From Nemertoderma westbladi (Eukaryota > Animalia > Xenacoelomorpha): a stretch of DNA of 49,817 nt. This document shows, in pieces, positions 20,926-32,874 of the stretch. How positions within the stretch are numbered: the stretch's first letter is position 1; each line of letters begins with the position of its first letter. The translations under genes and the position numbers were made by a program. The notes under the pieces were generated by a model. That model saw nothing but the letters and a program-made list of their open reading frames with translations. It had not been told where the DNA came from and ran no database searches. The stretch spans positions 1 to 49,817 of the forward strand of contig JAUCBJ010006581.1 of assembly GCA_032718475.1 (NCBI GenBank), given 5' to 3'.

Positions 20926-23900
20926 TTAATTTGGATTAATGTGTTCAAAGGAATACAGTGTTGGTTTTTTACGACCATAATCGCCTGATTCCTCGCGGGC
21001 TATTTCCAGCAAACAGAGCCGACCAATTGGTCTATTCAATGTTTGAGGTACGAATTCTAATTTCTTCTTATCCTTCTCCCTTTGTTTCTTCTTTCTCATT
21101 ACGATGAGGTCGACTGATCTCACAAGTCCGTCAGCGGATGTATGGACAACTGTGACACGTCCAGTTTGCCATCGCTTCCTCGGGATATCGTCGTCGACTA
21201 TTAGTACTACGTCATCAATTCGAAGGTTTTCCTGACGACTAAACCATTTGGTGCGCAGTTGGAGAGATGGTAAGTAGTGTTTCTCGAAGTGTAAGGCGAA
21301 TCTATTGGAAAGTAATTGCATCATCCACCATGTTTGACGTAAGTATATATGGGAATCTTCCGAATTAGAAACAGGTACCATAACGATGGGTTTCTTCATC
21401 AGGAAGTGGGCAGGTGTCAGCGACTCCAATGACTTCGGATCAGACGAAGCAGGCATCAATGGGCGGTCGTTAATGTAAGCTGCTATTTCTTCCAGGAAGG
21501 TGCGAAGTAACTCATCTGTTAGGTATGCCCCGCATGGTATCACGTGGTGGAACGCTATTTTAACACTTCGGATCATCCGCTCCCAGCTACCTCCCCACCA
21601 TGGTGCGTCAGCTGCGTTGAACGTCCAAGTTGCCGCGTTTACTCTCAATAACTCATCAACTTGTTCCTGGTTCCATCTATCAACATATGTGGTGATTTCT
21701 CTGCTAGCGCCGACGAAATTGGTTCCTTGGTCAGAACGTATAGTTTGACTGCTGCCGAACCGTGCTATCTGTCGTCTCAAACACAAAAGGAAGCTATCCA
21801 TCGACATGTCGTTGACCATATCCAGATGTATCGCTCTACACGTCTGACAAACAAATATAATACACCATCGTTTTACTTTGGTACGTGCTCGTTTGACCTC
21901 TATTGGTCCAAACATGTCAACACCGGTGTTTGTGAACGGCGGTTGGTAGCAACTTACCCTCTCACGTGGTAACTCCGCTTCAATTTGGGTTAATGGCTTA
22001 GTGTACAGTCTTTTACAGGGGATGCAATTCCTTAAAATTTTATTAAGTGACTTACGGGGTTTAACCAAGTAATAACGAGTGCGCAGTTCACTAAGAATTC
22101 GTTCACGGCCAGCATGGTAAAGTTTGGCATGTGTGTCTTGAATTAACTTACATTGTATATCTGGGCTATATATTATTATTGGGAATATGGTATCCTTAGA
22201 CACAGGAGCGTTAGTCAATCTACCTCCTACCCTAATTAACCCATCTATCATGACACTTGTGTAATTGTCACGCAACGTGATGCCTGGTTCACTCACCAAT
22301 TTATTGTACCTTGTTGGGTCATCGAGTTTCTGAGAAAGACGCAGTAGTTGTTTATTAGTCTCGTCAATATCTCCTCGCGTCACTGCTGGTGTACAGTCTC
22401 TAGACACACCAAAACGGTAGTGCACGTATTTCTTGAGATATGTCACGCTCTTACAAAGTCTATACCAAGAACTATAGTGATTCATTGCTTCTTCCAATAA
22501 GGGTGATAATCCTTGTTTTATGTTAGGTAATGTATCACTTGATTGTCGTGGTGTGATCTTTGAAGTATCACTAATATGGTTTGGTAAGTCTGAATTGGTT
22601 GTTATGTTTTCATGGGGTTCCTCATGTTTAGCGAAATACGAATTCTGAAGTCCAGTTTCTGGTTTCCGGGCCAAGTCATTGTCAACTATTTGGGCAGTTA
22701 TATCAAGTGGTTTGGTGAATAACTTTGATTTTGTAGTTTTCCTTGGCTTTATTATTTCGGCTCCCTTAGCCTGTCGGATTTCTGCTGGTGTCAGATTTTT
22801 CGGCCATTCGTTTCCAGCCTCCCATAAGAACTCTGGTCCGTTGAGCCAACATTTGGTATTAATCAACTCTCTTGGAGTCGCACCACGCGAAGCAATGTCA
22901 GCGGGATTGATAGTACCGGGGCAATGCCTCCATTGATCCACCTTTGTGCGGCTGAGCATGATTGCAACTCTGTTTGTTACATATACACTAAACTGACATA
23001 CTTCGTTAGTTAAATATTCTAGAACCAAGACAGCGTCAGTCCAAAATGTAGTCCTTGATATTTCAAAATTCAAATATTCAGTCACGTTTTTAGCAACAGT
23101 TGTTGCATAGAAACCTGCTTTCAATTCTGCCCTAGGTGGTCGTGTCCTTAACTCTTTATTCACAATGAGAGCTTTAGAAGCAACCAAGGCTACACGTACA
23201 TCGTGAGGGGTTTGTACACGCAAGTAAGCTACAATACCTAGTCCAACCTTGCTCGCATCACTGAAGACATGTAACTGGTACTCATAATTAGGTAGTACAT
23301 GGCCAAAGTAGGCCCGTGGTACCTTAAAGTCCTCAATTTCTGGCAAAGTCTCCTCCCAAGCTTGCCAACGGGCCAACAACTTACCAGTCAACGGGTCATC
23401 CCAGGAATTGTTTTCTTCCCACATATCCCGAACTATACACCTAGCCGTCAAGATAACTGGGCTAATGAAACCAATGGGATCAAAATAGGTGCTTAATATG
23501 CTAAGGCATATTCTCTTAGTACGTTTACTCTCACTTCTCACCTGTAGTTTGAATGACATTTCATCAGTTTCGGCGTTCCATCTTAAACCTAATGTCTTTG
23601 TTTCCGGTAAATCATCACGTGTCAAATCCAGATTTTTCGCACCACGGTCTTCGAATGGTATTGAGTCCAGAAACTCTCTGGAGTTGCTAGCGAACTTCGT
23701 GAGCTTGAATCCTCCTCGTTTAAGACATTCTACTGTACCTTTCGCTATGCTTATCGCCTCCTCAACGGTTGGAACAGACTTCAAGTTGTCATCCATATAT
23801 ATATCTTTCTTGATATTTTTTAGGACGGCGGGCGAGAAATCATGTTGGTTATCGTCCGCCGTGGTATGAACAATGAAGCATGAGTTAGATGGGCTGGAAT

Positions 23901-26172
23901 TAATGCCAAACGCTTGTACCGTCATCCAATATTCCTTCAGAGGTTTTCTAAAGTCTCCGTCTGGCCACCAAAAAAACCGGAGGCTATCTCTGTCTACTTG
24001 TAGGGCCTTCACTTGTAAAAACATGCCTTCAATATCTGATGCGAAGGCGATCGAGTATTGGCGAAGGCGAATCAAGATTCCTAGAAGGGATTGCAACATG
24101 TTGGGACCAGTCATTAATTCTGAATTCAGAGACTGTCCTTTATATAGAGCTGAAGCATCAAAGACCACTCTCACAGTATCTGGCTTGTCGGGACGTTCCA
24201 CATAGTGATGAGTTATATAGTATGTCCGATTTGATTCTGGTGTCCTTGTTGGCACTTCTTCAGCATACCCTTTTGTGATGAACTTCTCCATCTGTTCCCT
24301 ATACATGTGCCATGCGTTATGGTTTGCAGCCAATCGTCGCTTTAATTGTTCCACTCTCTTCACTGCTAGAATTCTGTTGTTATGGAACTTGGGATCCCGA
24401 GAGCGCCAAAGTAAACCTATTTCATACTTACCTTCATTCTTTAAGAATTTTGTGGTAGTCCGTTTTATGTCACGGGATCGCTCATCTTCAACAGATAAGG
24501 CTTTCTCATAAGAAGTTGGTCCCTCCCTTTCTTGTTTCATTATACTTACGAGTTGTTGCTCAGTATTATATTCAGCCTGAGCTCGCAAGATTTCACTTAA
24601 TTCGTCATGTTCATCATTAACAAAATTTCCTTGCAAAGAATTATAATTCTGCATTTGATAATTAATATACTGTTCGTCATCAATTAACTCTGTATCAGTC
24701 TCATCATTCTCTAGGTCTATGTTTTGGTCATTGTCAGTCGATAAGACATTTTCAAGTGATGAGTCATAGCTAAGAACTTCGTTTACCTTTATACTTGCTC
24801 CGGTTCGTTCTTGTAAGGTTTTCGCTGAAGGTCCCGTACAATACCAACCTATCCGCGTCCTACATGCGTATGGTGCTAAAGGTAAAGGTTTTTTAGGTAT
24901 CTTCTCCAATATCTCGAGAGCCTCATGTGCATTCTGTCCAATCAGGAGGGAAATTCCAGGACTGTCAACATCATAACGGGGTATGTTATGTTCGTTGGTG
25001 AATTCGTCTTCATCCCAATTATATAATGGTGCTTGTCCCCTCGTGAAGTTCTTTATCGCCACCATTTTTACATTGTCCAATGAGTATATATGATCATGAT
25101 TGGTCGGGGCTGACAGAGCACCAATGCAATAGAACGTTTCCAATGTTGAAGTCCATTTTTCCATTACACCGGCTAAATTAAGTCGCATGGGATATATTTC
25201 GTGGTTGTCCCACAGTGTCTCAGCAAGATCTTTATCTATGAAGGTATTCGTGCTGCCAGAATCCATTAATACATTTAGTATAATGCTTCTTTTACCCGCA
25301 TGTAATCTCACCTGGACTATGGGAAATTCTCTTACTCCTACATTCCTGGACTGTTTCAGTTTTGTCACCTGATTAACTGATGAGTGTTGTAATGGTGTGA
25401 TATCGTCTGTTTCCGGGTTTGAGACATAAGTTAGGGCTCTTTCCATCATAACATGATACACATTACACGAGTCACTATCATCTGAAAACTCACCTGGATA
25501 TGGAGAGCCTGCCAGTTCGTCAGAGTCATACGGATCTTCGCAAGCGTCACTGAAGTGTACACGTTGTTCCATACTTCTAGGGGTGTAAGATTCGCTATGT
25601 AGCAGAGCATGATGTGAACCGTTACATTTTGGACACTCAATACCTACGATTTTGCAATCTCTCCTCAAATGACCAAATTTCAAGCATTTGTAGCATATAC
25701 GTTGGTTCTTAATAAACCATCTCCTGGATCTTACACTCATCTTTAAAAATTCTGGGCATTGGTACATTTGATGACTTACCTTTGGACAAAAGGGGCATGT
25801 ATTAGGATCTTTATTTGTTACCGTTTTATCATTTGTGTTAGTTACTTGGGATCGTGGTAGTATCCCATTGGTTGATCTTATATCACGTTGGGTGGAGGTT
25901 TGTATATCACCTTTCGTATTTGTCAATGAATGGAGTCGGCTATTGGGTTTACCGGTTGGTTTCGAATAGTAGACTTCCTGGTAATCAGATTCCATGTCTT
26001 CTCTCAAAGAAATACTGCTATCGTATTCTGGGTCATAGATATTCATAACTCTTTTTCTGGGAACAATAACGGGTTTCTCGGTTGCTGGTTTGGCCTCACT
26101 TCCTCTTTCACGGACATCTCTTTGAAATTGTAGAGTGACTTCATCCTTGAGGAATTTAAGGAAGTCTCTCAT
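20926..26172 (-). CDS. BEL/Pao LTR retrotransposon Gag-Pol polyprotein, lacking the Gag N-terminus
   Basis: Uninterrupted 1748 aa in PR-RT-RH-IN order: three Cys/His knuckles (CPFC..H..YQC, CYKC...H...DC, CPKC..SHHALLH), protease LMDSGS, RT YMDD, RNase H FSDAS/NPADIASRG, integrase H..HAG..C..C, GVDMFGP, SDQGTNF, WERMI. Gag similarity ends near 26210-26250 and no 5' LTR is seen. Confidence 0.96.
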   Translation of the reverse strand: MRDFLKFLKDEVTLQFQRDVRERGSEAKPATEKPVIVPRKRVMNIYDPEYDSSISLREDMESDYQEVYYSKPTGKPNSRLHSLTNTKGDIQTSTQRDIRSTNGILPRSQVTNTNDKTVTNKDPNTCPFCPKVSHQMYQCPEFLKMSVRSRRWFIKNQRICYKCLKFGHLRRDCKIVGIECPKCNGSHHALLHSESYTPRSMEQRVHFSDACEDPYDSDELAGSPYPGEFSDDSDSCNVYHVMMERALTYVSNPETDDITPLQHSSVNQVTKLKQSRNVGVREFPIVQVRLHAGKRSIILNVLMDSGSTNTFIDKDLAETLWDNHEIYPMRLNLAGVMEKWTSTLETFYCIGALSAPTNHDHIYSLDNVKMVAIKNFTRGQAPLYNWDEDEFTNEHNIPRYDVDSPGISLLIGQNAHEALEILEKIPKKPLPLAPYACRTRIGWYCTGPSAKTLQERTGASIKVNEVLSYDSSLENVLSTDNDQNIDLENDETDTELIDDEQYINYQMQNYNSLQGNFVNDEHDELSEILRAQAEYNTEQQLVSIMKQEREGPTSYEKALSVEDERSRDIKRTTTKFLKNEGKYEIGLLWRSRDPKFHNNRILAVKRVEQLKRRLAANHNAWHMYREQMEKFITKGYAEEVPTRTPESNRTYYITHHYVERPDKPDTVRVVFDASALYKGQSLNSELMTGPNMLQSLLGILIRLRQYSIAFASDIEGMFLQVKALQVDRDSLRFFWWPDGDFRKPLKEYWMTVQAFGINSSPSNSCFIVHTTADDNQHDFSPAVLKNIKKDIYMDDNLKSVPTVEEAISIAKGTVECLKRGGFKLTKFASNSREFLDSIPFEDRGAKNLDLTRDDLPETKTLGLRWNAETDEMSFKLQVRSESKRTKRICLSILSTYFDPIGFISPVILTARCIVRDMWEENNSWDDPLTGKLLARWQAWEETLPEIEDFKVPRAYFGHVLPNYEYQLHVFSDASKVGLGIVAYLRVQTPHDVRVALVASKALIVNKELRTRPPRAELKAGFYATTVAKNVTEYLNFEISRTTFWTDAVLVLEYLTNEVCQFSVYVTNRVAIMLSRTKVDQWRHCPGTINPADIASRGATPRELINTKCWLNGPEFLWEAGNEWPKNLTPAEIRQAKGAEIIKPRKTTKSKLFTKPLDITAQIVDNDLARKPETGLQNSYFAKHEEPHENITTNSDLPNHISDTSKITPRQSSDTLPNIKQGLSPLLEEAMNHYSSWYRLCKSVTYLKKYVHYRFGVSRDCTPAVTRGDIDETNKQLLRLSQKLDDPTRYNKLVSEPGITLRDNYTSVMIDGLIRVGGRLTNAPVSKDTIFPIIIYSPDIQCKLIQDTHAKLYHAGRERILSELRTRYYLVKPRKSLNKILRNCIPCKRLYTKPLTQIEAELPRERVSCYQPPFTNTGVDMFGPIEVKRARTKVKRWCIIFVCQTCRAIHLDMVNDMSMDSFLLCLRRQIARFGSSQTIRSDQGTNFVGASREITTYVDRWNQEQVDELLRVNAATWTFNAADAPWWGGSWERMIRSVKIAFHHVIPCGAYLTDELLRTFLEEIAAYINDRPLMPASSDPKSLESLTPAHFLMKKPIVMVPVSNSEDSHIYLRQTWWMMQLLSNRFALHFEKHYLPSLQLRTKWFSRQENLRIDDVVLIVDDDIPRKRWQTGRVTVVHTSADGLVRSVDLIVMRKKKQREKDKKKLEFVPQTLNRPIGRLCLLEIAREESGDYGRKKPTLYSFEHINPN

Positions 26173-28257
26173 GGTGACGTCACGCTGTCTATCACGTTTG
26201 TTTTGAACAACAACGGTCCCATTGCCAGAGAGCGTGAGGTCGCATTGCCATTTAAAGGAGCAGGTTAGTAAAGAAGCAGGTTACAGAGGCGTGTTGGGGA
26301 ACCAAAACAATAAACGAAAGTTAACACATGTGTTTTGTATTTGTACAGGTCTTTATTATTTGGGTCGTTGGTCTTTGTTTTGTAGTCACCCGACACTGCG
26401 GTGTTGCGTGGGGGCCACCAATCCACCCACCCACACTCAACTCCCAACTTCCTGGACACTAGGATACTGAGTGAAAGCGTCTGAAACTACTACAGGAACT
26501 CCATGACATACTATGGGCTAGCGACTAGGGACTGGCGCCCTTGAACATGTAAACTGTAGTACCTACTGTACCACCTACCTTAAAGTGACCTGTGGGACCA
26601 GCCCATTATTAGTGAGGTCGGCATTTCTCTTTATCCTGCCGCTCTCTTTGTATTACAATAGCATACAGCTAACCAATGGCAATGGTCTACCCCCAGTGCG
26701 GGAAAGACAAGCTGGCTACCATTGAAATGAATAGGGGAAAGATAATATGGTGTGTTCGTGTTCCCAACCTAATGTCTGTCGTCTTGGCTCAGCTAAGCTT
26801 AAACAGAGCCACAGCCTACAATAGAGCTTTACCTAAATACACTTCCAGTGAGCCAAGCAGTAGTGGCGGGTTAGCTCCAAAATGCCCATGTAGGATTTCT
26901 TCGAAAAAGGACCAATTGGTTGAGTTACGAGTTACAGTGAAAAAGTATTCATGATTAGATTTTGCTTTGAACAGGAGAAACAGTCAACAAAAATCCAATA
27001 AATGCTCCTCTGTTCAGTTCTGTTCTGAGTAACCTTGACACATAATTTTGTTTGACATAAAAAGAAGTTGCAATATATTTTGAATCGAATGTTGTAACAA
27101 CTTTTAAAATTACTGAATAAAAACAGGAAATAAAATACTAAAAAAATAAAAAAGAATACTAATTATTTGTATGCTATATAACTAAAAAATGGATTTCGAC
27201 CAAATAGCGCTCGATTATCTGGTGTTCAGCGGGTTCAAAGTCCCCTGTTTCTATGGGTATTTTTATTATTATTATGGGCAGTATTGCTATATATTTTCCC
27301 TAGAAAATAATATTTTTATTTTGTTAACTATATATTCGAGTCGGCGTGAAATACGCCGTGAAATAAAGTAAACTCAATGATGGAATAAGGGGTATTATAT
27401 AACATGGCATGATTTAAAGTAACAACAGTATACAGAACTGTCCCGGGGGGGGGGGGGGGGGGGGGAGGGAATGTCCGGAAATCGAAGCATTTTTCTATCT
27501 GCCAACATCCTGGGCTTTACTTACACTCAGCCTCTATTCACTGGCTGTGATTGACAAGCCAACTTGCCTCAGAAGTTCCTTTCATGAATGCCGCAATTTA
27601 TATTTGGCCATTTTGGTCGTTTTGGCCGCCAAAATGACCAAGTTAATGTTTATTGGGATTGGGACTGTAGTTTAACAGTTGACTCTCCGGAGTTGCCCTG
27701 GGTTTGAGTTAGTACATAACAGGTCATCGTGCTATTCATGTCTCCAATACATATGAGCTGGTCAGGTCATCAACCAAGCTCCGTTTGAACCCCCCTTCTT
27801 AGTGATAAACCAAGTTAAACCATGTACCAGTACTTCACACATTCGTTTAAGTGTCTTTGGGTTGTAAATTCATAACTCAATTCTACTCGGTTGTTACTGG
27901 TATGATTCACAACTCGTATCTTGTAGTTTGAATTTGTAATTTTAATAGCGCTCATAGTACTTTCACACCCCACATAATGTTCTGATGTTACTCATATTCC
28001 ACTCTGCCACTGTTTTAGTAGCATTCTTACATGTAGGCCTTAATTTACTTAATTACTTAAATTTACTGTGCAAATATTCAATTATAATTAAATTAAAATC
28101 GTATTTATACCTTAAAATAATTGTGCAGTAATTTTCACGTACATATAATACAATACAATTATACGAATTATTATACGAAATCAGTTCATATAGGTGTCAA
28201 GTATAATTGCTTTTACTCATTTCATAAAGGTATCAAGTATAATTTTAGTAATTCAAG

Positions 28258-28470
28258 TTACTTGATAACCCTAGTGAACCCAGGACCATCTCCACATATC
28301 TGAACATCCAAGATGTTGATTTTGCCATCCTTGTATGCTACTATGTCAGGAGCACGCTTCCCTTCAGATGTATGGATAGTCGGCGCTGTCAGTACTCGGT
28401 AGCCTCGATACCTTAGCTGCTCACTGAGTAGCTTCTCTTCTCCACCATGACGTCTGTTTCGCTCCAGCCC
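28258..28470 (-). pseudogene. Restriction-like endonuclease fragment of an R2-group non-LTR retrotransposon
   Basis: RNRRH...LL..QLR.RGYRV...PTIHTSEGKRAPDIV......ILDVQI, matching the RH and PD..D motifs of RLE domains. Confidence 0.75.
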
Positions 28471-28529
28471 AGTTATCAGGCATACCTGCAGGATTATAAC
28501 AAAAAAAACACGGGGGTGGGGGTCCAACC

Positions 28530-29665
28530 ACTATGGGGGTCGCCCCATAGTCACATCCTGGTGCTATCACTACTATCTCGCACCCCATCCTCATCTCCAG
28601 GACCTCATCTTTGCTGGAGATGGTTGTTACCGCCATCCTACTTGGCCTCGTCTTTAGTTTATCGTTTAAATAGAGACAATTCAACCAGAAGCTACATCGA
28701 AACCGGGGACAATTTCATACCGATAACGAAAATTCAATACTTTATAGGATTTCAGTACTACAGTATTGGCCGCATTTGTGACTTCAGTCCATCTTATCCT
28801 TATCGGCAACATCTGTGGCCGCGATTTCGGCCGCTCCCGTTTCTTCGCCATTCGGCGCTTCCTCACCGTTCGGCGCTCCTGCGACGTTTCCAGGTGCCAT
28901 GCTGTTTGTCTGTCCTGCGCCGTATGTCCCGCGCCGTGGTGCGCTGTATGGCGCTCTCTCGACGCGTCCCCCTTGACGGCCCTGTCCGCAGCCCCGTCCG
29001 CGGCCCCGAACCGCGGTTATCTCCCGTCTCGGTTCTTCAGTTGCTTCAGCAAAGTGATTTTGGGTAATCGATACCCGACAATGACTAATATTTATGGCGC
29101 TGTGTTTGTCAGCCATAATAATAATCCACTGTAGCCTATACTTGTTTTAATTTTATTCGTCGTTGTTATTTTGCCCCTGTCCACTCCATGGTGTGGCCCT
29201 ACCCCCGGCTACATGTGGACTTGCAGTCCCCTGTGTTGCTGCATATGGCATCGATTGTCTAAGTTTTGGTAGTGTATTTGCCGCATTATGTTCTGGTTTC
29301 GGCCTGTTATATTCGGTCTTTGGCCCCTTCCCCAGACTATCTTCGCTCTAGACTGGGTCCGTGATCAACTCCGCTTCGTAATTGAGGAAGTTCGACATTT
29401 CCTCTAGGCCCGTTCCGCACCTTTCTTCTCCCGGGTGGAGAAGGCAATCTTTCTCCATTTGTTGCGCAGCCAGATCGGCAGTGCCTGCGCTATCGTGGTG
29501 ATATTATTAGCTGCGTTGAGTTTGTATGGCGCGTCTAGCGTTTTTAGCACGATCCCACCATGCAGTTGTGAAGCCACCCTTGATGCCCTGATACTGCCTC
29601 ACGATGTCGTACGCTGGGCCTCCTGTGTACACCTGTAAATATTTTAGGTACTCCGCCTGCACCAG
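28530..29665 (-). pseudogene. Degenerate gag region of a second BEL/Pao element
   Basis: Manual translation of 29665-29350 gives YLKYLQVYTGGPAYDIV...GFTTAW, then LNAANNITTIAQALPIWLRNKWRK, then MSNFLNYEAELITDPV, typical BEL Gag motifs across frameshifts. The lower boundary is uncertain. Confidence 0.65.
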
Positions 29666-30208
29666 GTTCTTAGTTAATATTTCTTAGTTAATATTAGTTA
29701 TTATATTAAAAACAGATGTAATTTCAATAATAATATTTATAATAACTTTCTATACCTATCATATTACTATTGCCATTGAGAACCTAATGTGTTTTTGGAT
29801 AAAAGTTATCATAATTACAAAAACTAATAGCAAAAATTAGAACTCAAGCTTTTGAATTATATTAATTAATTGAATTACTACATACAGTATGTTGAATTGT
29901 AATATTTATAGAATAACAAAAATACCGGTACTTGTAAAAATTCATGGGACAAGAATATCTAAATTTTCTTATGTTTCAATTACACCTTTTATATAATCAT
30001 GTAGGCAAAGACGAATCGCATCCCAAGGGGCGCTGCCCGGGCGGGCCCACGTTGTTGGTGAACTCGACCGGTACGGAGATCGTGGGTGGAATGTGTTCGG
30101 GTGGGCGAAGTCGGCCACTAACGTGGAAGGGATGGTGATGGCTGCTCGTGTACATATTATCAGAATAGTGCCAACCGATCGGGAGCTCGTGTTCAGAAAA
30201 TATGTCGA

Positions 30209-31834
30209 CCAGGACGCTCCTCACCACGTCGCCCCGGGTCAGGGTGCTCCATTCAACGTCGCTCAGGGTCAGGGTGCTCCCCACCACGTCGCCCCGGGTC
30301 AGGGTGCTCCACTCAACGTCGCTCAGGGTCAGGGTGCTCCCCACCACGTCGCCCAGGGTCAGGGTGCTCCACTCAACGTCGCTCAGTGTCAGGGTGCTCC
30401 ACTCAACGTCACCCAGGGTCAGGGTGTTCCCCACCACGTCGCCCAGGGTCAGGGTGCTCCCCACCACATCGCCCAGGGTCAGGGTGCTCCACTCATCGTC
30501 GCCCAGGGTCAGGGTGCTCCATTCAACGTCGCTCAGGGTCAGGGTGCTCCACTCAACGTCGCTCAGTGTCAGGGTGCTCCACTCAACGTCGCTCAGGGTC
30601 AGGGTGCTCCACTCAACGTCGCTCAGTGTCAGGGTGCTCCACTCAAAGTCGCTGAGGGTCAGGGTGCTCCACTCAATGTCGCCCAGTGTCAGGGTGCTCC
30701 ACTCAACGTCGCCCAGGGTCAGGGTGCTCCACTCAACGTCGCTCAGGGTCAGGGTGCTCCCCACCACGTCGCCCAGGGTCAGGGTGCTCCACTCAACGTC
30801 GCTCAGGGTTAGGGTGCTCCACTCAACGTCGCTCAGTGTCAGGGTGCTCCACTCAAAGTCGCTGAGGGTCAGGGTGCTCCACTCAACGTCGCCCAGGGTC
30901 AGGGTGCTCCACTCAACGTCGCTCAGGGTCAGGGTGCTCCCCACCACGTCGCCCAGGGTCAGGGTGCTCCACTCAACGTCGCTCAGGGTCAGGGTGCTCC
31001 ACTCAACGTCGCCCGGGGTCAGGGTGACCCACTCAACGTCGCACAGGGTCAGGGTGCTCCACTCAACGTCGCTCAGGGTCAGGGTGCTCCACTCAAAGTC
31101 GCTCAGGGTCAGGGTGACGCACTCAACGTCGCCCAGGATCAGGGTGCTCCACTCAACGTTGCTCAGGGTCAGGGTGCTCCCCACCACGTCGCCCAGGGTC
31201 AGGATGCTCCCCACAACGTCGCCCAGGGTCAGGGTGCTCCATTCAACGTCACTCAGGGTCAGGGTGCTCCACTCAATGTCGCTCAGTGTCAGGGTGCTCC
31301 ATTCAACGTCGCTCAGGATCAGGGTGCTTCACTCAACGTCGCCAAGGGTCAGGGTGCTCCCCACCACGTCGCCCAGGGTCAGGGTGCTCCACTCAACGTC
31401 GCCCAGGGTCAGGGTGACCCACTCAACGTTGCCCAGGGTCAGGGTGCTCCACTCAACGTCGCTCAGGTTCAGGGTGCTCCACTCAACGTCGCTCAGGGTC
31501 AGGGTGACCCACTCAACGTCGCCCAGGGTCAGGGTGCTCCACTCAACGTCGCTCAGGTTCAGGGTGCTCCACTCAATGTCGCTCAGGGTCAGGGTGCTCC
31601 ACTCAACGTCGCCCAGGGTCAGGGTGCTCCACTCAACGTCGCCCAGTGTCAGGGTGCTCCACTCAACGTCGCACAGGGTCAGGGTGCTTTCCACCACGTC
31701 GCCCCGGGTCAGGGTGCTCCACTCAACGTCGCTCAGGTTCAGGGTGCTCCACTCAACGTCGCTCAGGGTCAGGGTGATCCCCACCACGTCGCCCCGGGTC
31801 AGGGTGCTCCACTCAACGTCGCTCAGGGTCAGGG
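30209..31834. repeat. GC-rich 30-bp minisatellite, about 54 copies (CAGGGTCAGGGTGCTCCACTCAACGTCGCT)
   Basis: Strict 30-bp period with two main variants (CACTCAAC and CCCACCAC) and no indels. It explains the overlapping repetitive ORFs in four frames. Confidence 0.97.
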
Positions 31835-31978
31835 ACAGGCTCACTCATAATATGACGTACATCATTGTCAGTCTTCAAACAACACTAGTTGTTTTCGTTT
31901 GTTGTGGAGGTAATCCTTGTTAGAGTGTTGTTTCAACATGAATTATGTGACAGAGTTAAGAGACACATATCCAGCACA

Positions 31979-32665
31979 CACAGTGTGCCTGAAATAGAAT
32001 CTTGGGACTTGAAAATGCCCAGGCAAAAGGAGACTATTTCTAGGATCAGTTTTCTGCGCTGAATTCAAAATAAGAAAAACGAAAATATTTTATGGAGCCT
32101 TTCGGGATTTATTTACTGAATATTTAATTATTTAACTATTATTAGTAATAGTATTATAAATTTATTTAACTGAAAATGCCCCGACAAAGTGAGACCATTT
32201 CTAGGATCAGTTTTCTGCGCTGAATTCAAAAAAAGAAAAACAATAATATTTTATGGAGCCATTCGGGATTTATTTACTGAATATTTGATTATTAACTATT
32301 ATTAGTAATAGTATTATAAATTTATTTAACTGAAAATGCCCCGACAAAGTGAGACCATTTCTAGGATCAGTTTTCTGCGCTGAATTCAAAAAAAGAAAAA
32401 CAATAATATTTTATGGAGCCCTTCGGGATTTATTTACTGAATATTTGATTATTAACTATTATTAGTAATAATATTATAAATTTATTTAACTGAAAATGCC
32501 CAGACAAAGTGAGACAATTTCTAGGATCAGTTTTCTGCGCTGAATTCAAAAAAAAAGAAAAACTAAATTATTTTATGGAACCCTTCACGATTTATTTACT
32601 GAATATATAATTAATTAACTAATATTGATAATAATAGTAGGCCTACCGGTATGAATTTATTTAAC
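31979..32665. repeat. Left TIR/subterminal array, 4 copies of a 160-bp unit
   Basis: GAAAATGCCC at 32011, 32172, 32332 and 32492. Confidence 0.92.
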
Positions 32666-32874
32666 TACGAGTGTCCGGCCATAATATTCGGCTACCATAT
32701 ATGAGTCAAATATATCAAATCAACTGGACTGTCGCTACATTTACACCAGATTATTTCGTAGTTTTGATGGGGAAGGATACAGCTTGATCAAGTGGAAGAG
32801 AAATGAAAGAAACAATGTTCAATTCAAAATAGTAAACAAGCCGTATATTAAACACAGGCCAAATAGCGACTACG

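Noticed and set aside
21500-26133. Many + strand ORFs of 60-126 aa
   Set aside because: They are antisense shadows of the BEL polyprotein.
26470-28030. Possible host exons
   Set aside because: All frames are interrupted, and I found no recognisable domain or consistent splice pattern.
30209-31834. CRISPR array, or a multi-UGA selenoprotein in the PDPERR*VEH frame
   Set aside because: The units are contiguous with no unique spacers and there are no cas genes. The TGA is simply part of the amplified monomer, and I identified no SECIS.
31979-32020. True 12/23 RSS, or a RAG/Transib transposon
   Set aside because: There is no ACAAAAACC-like nonamer, the ends are symmetric, no RAG2-like gene is present, and the 4-bp TSD and protein motifs fit Chapaev.
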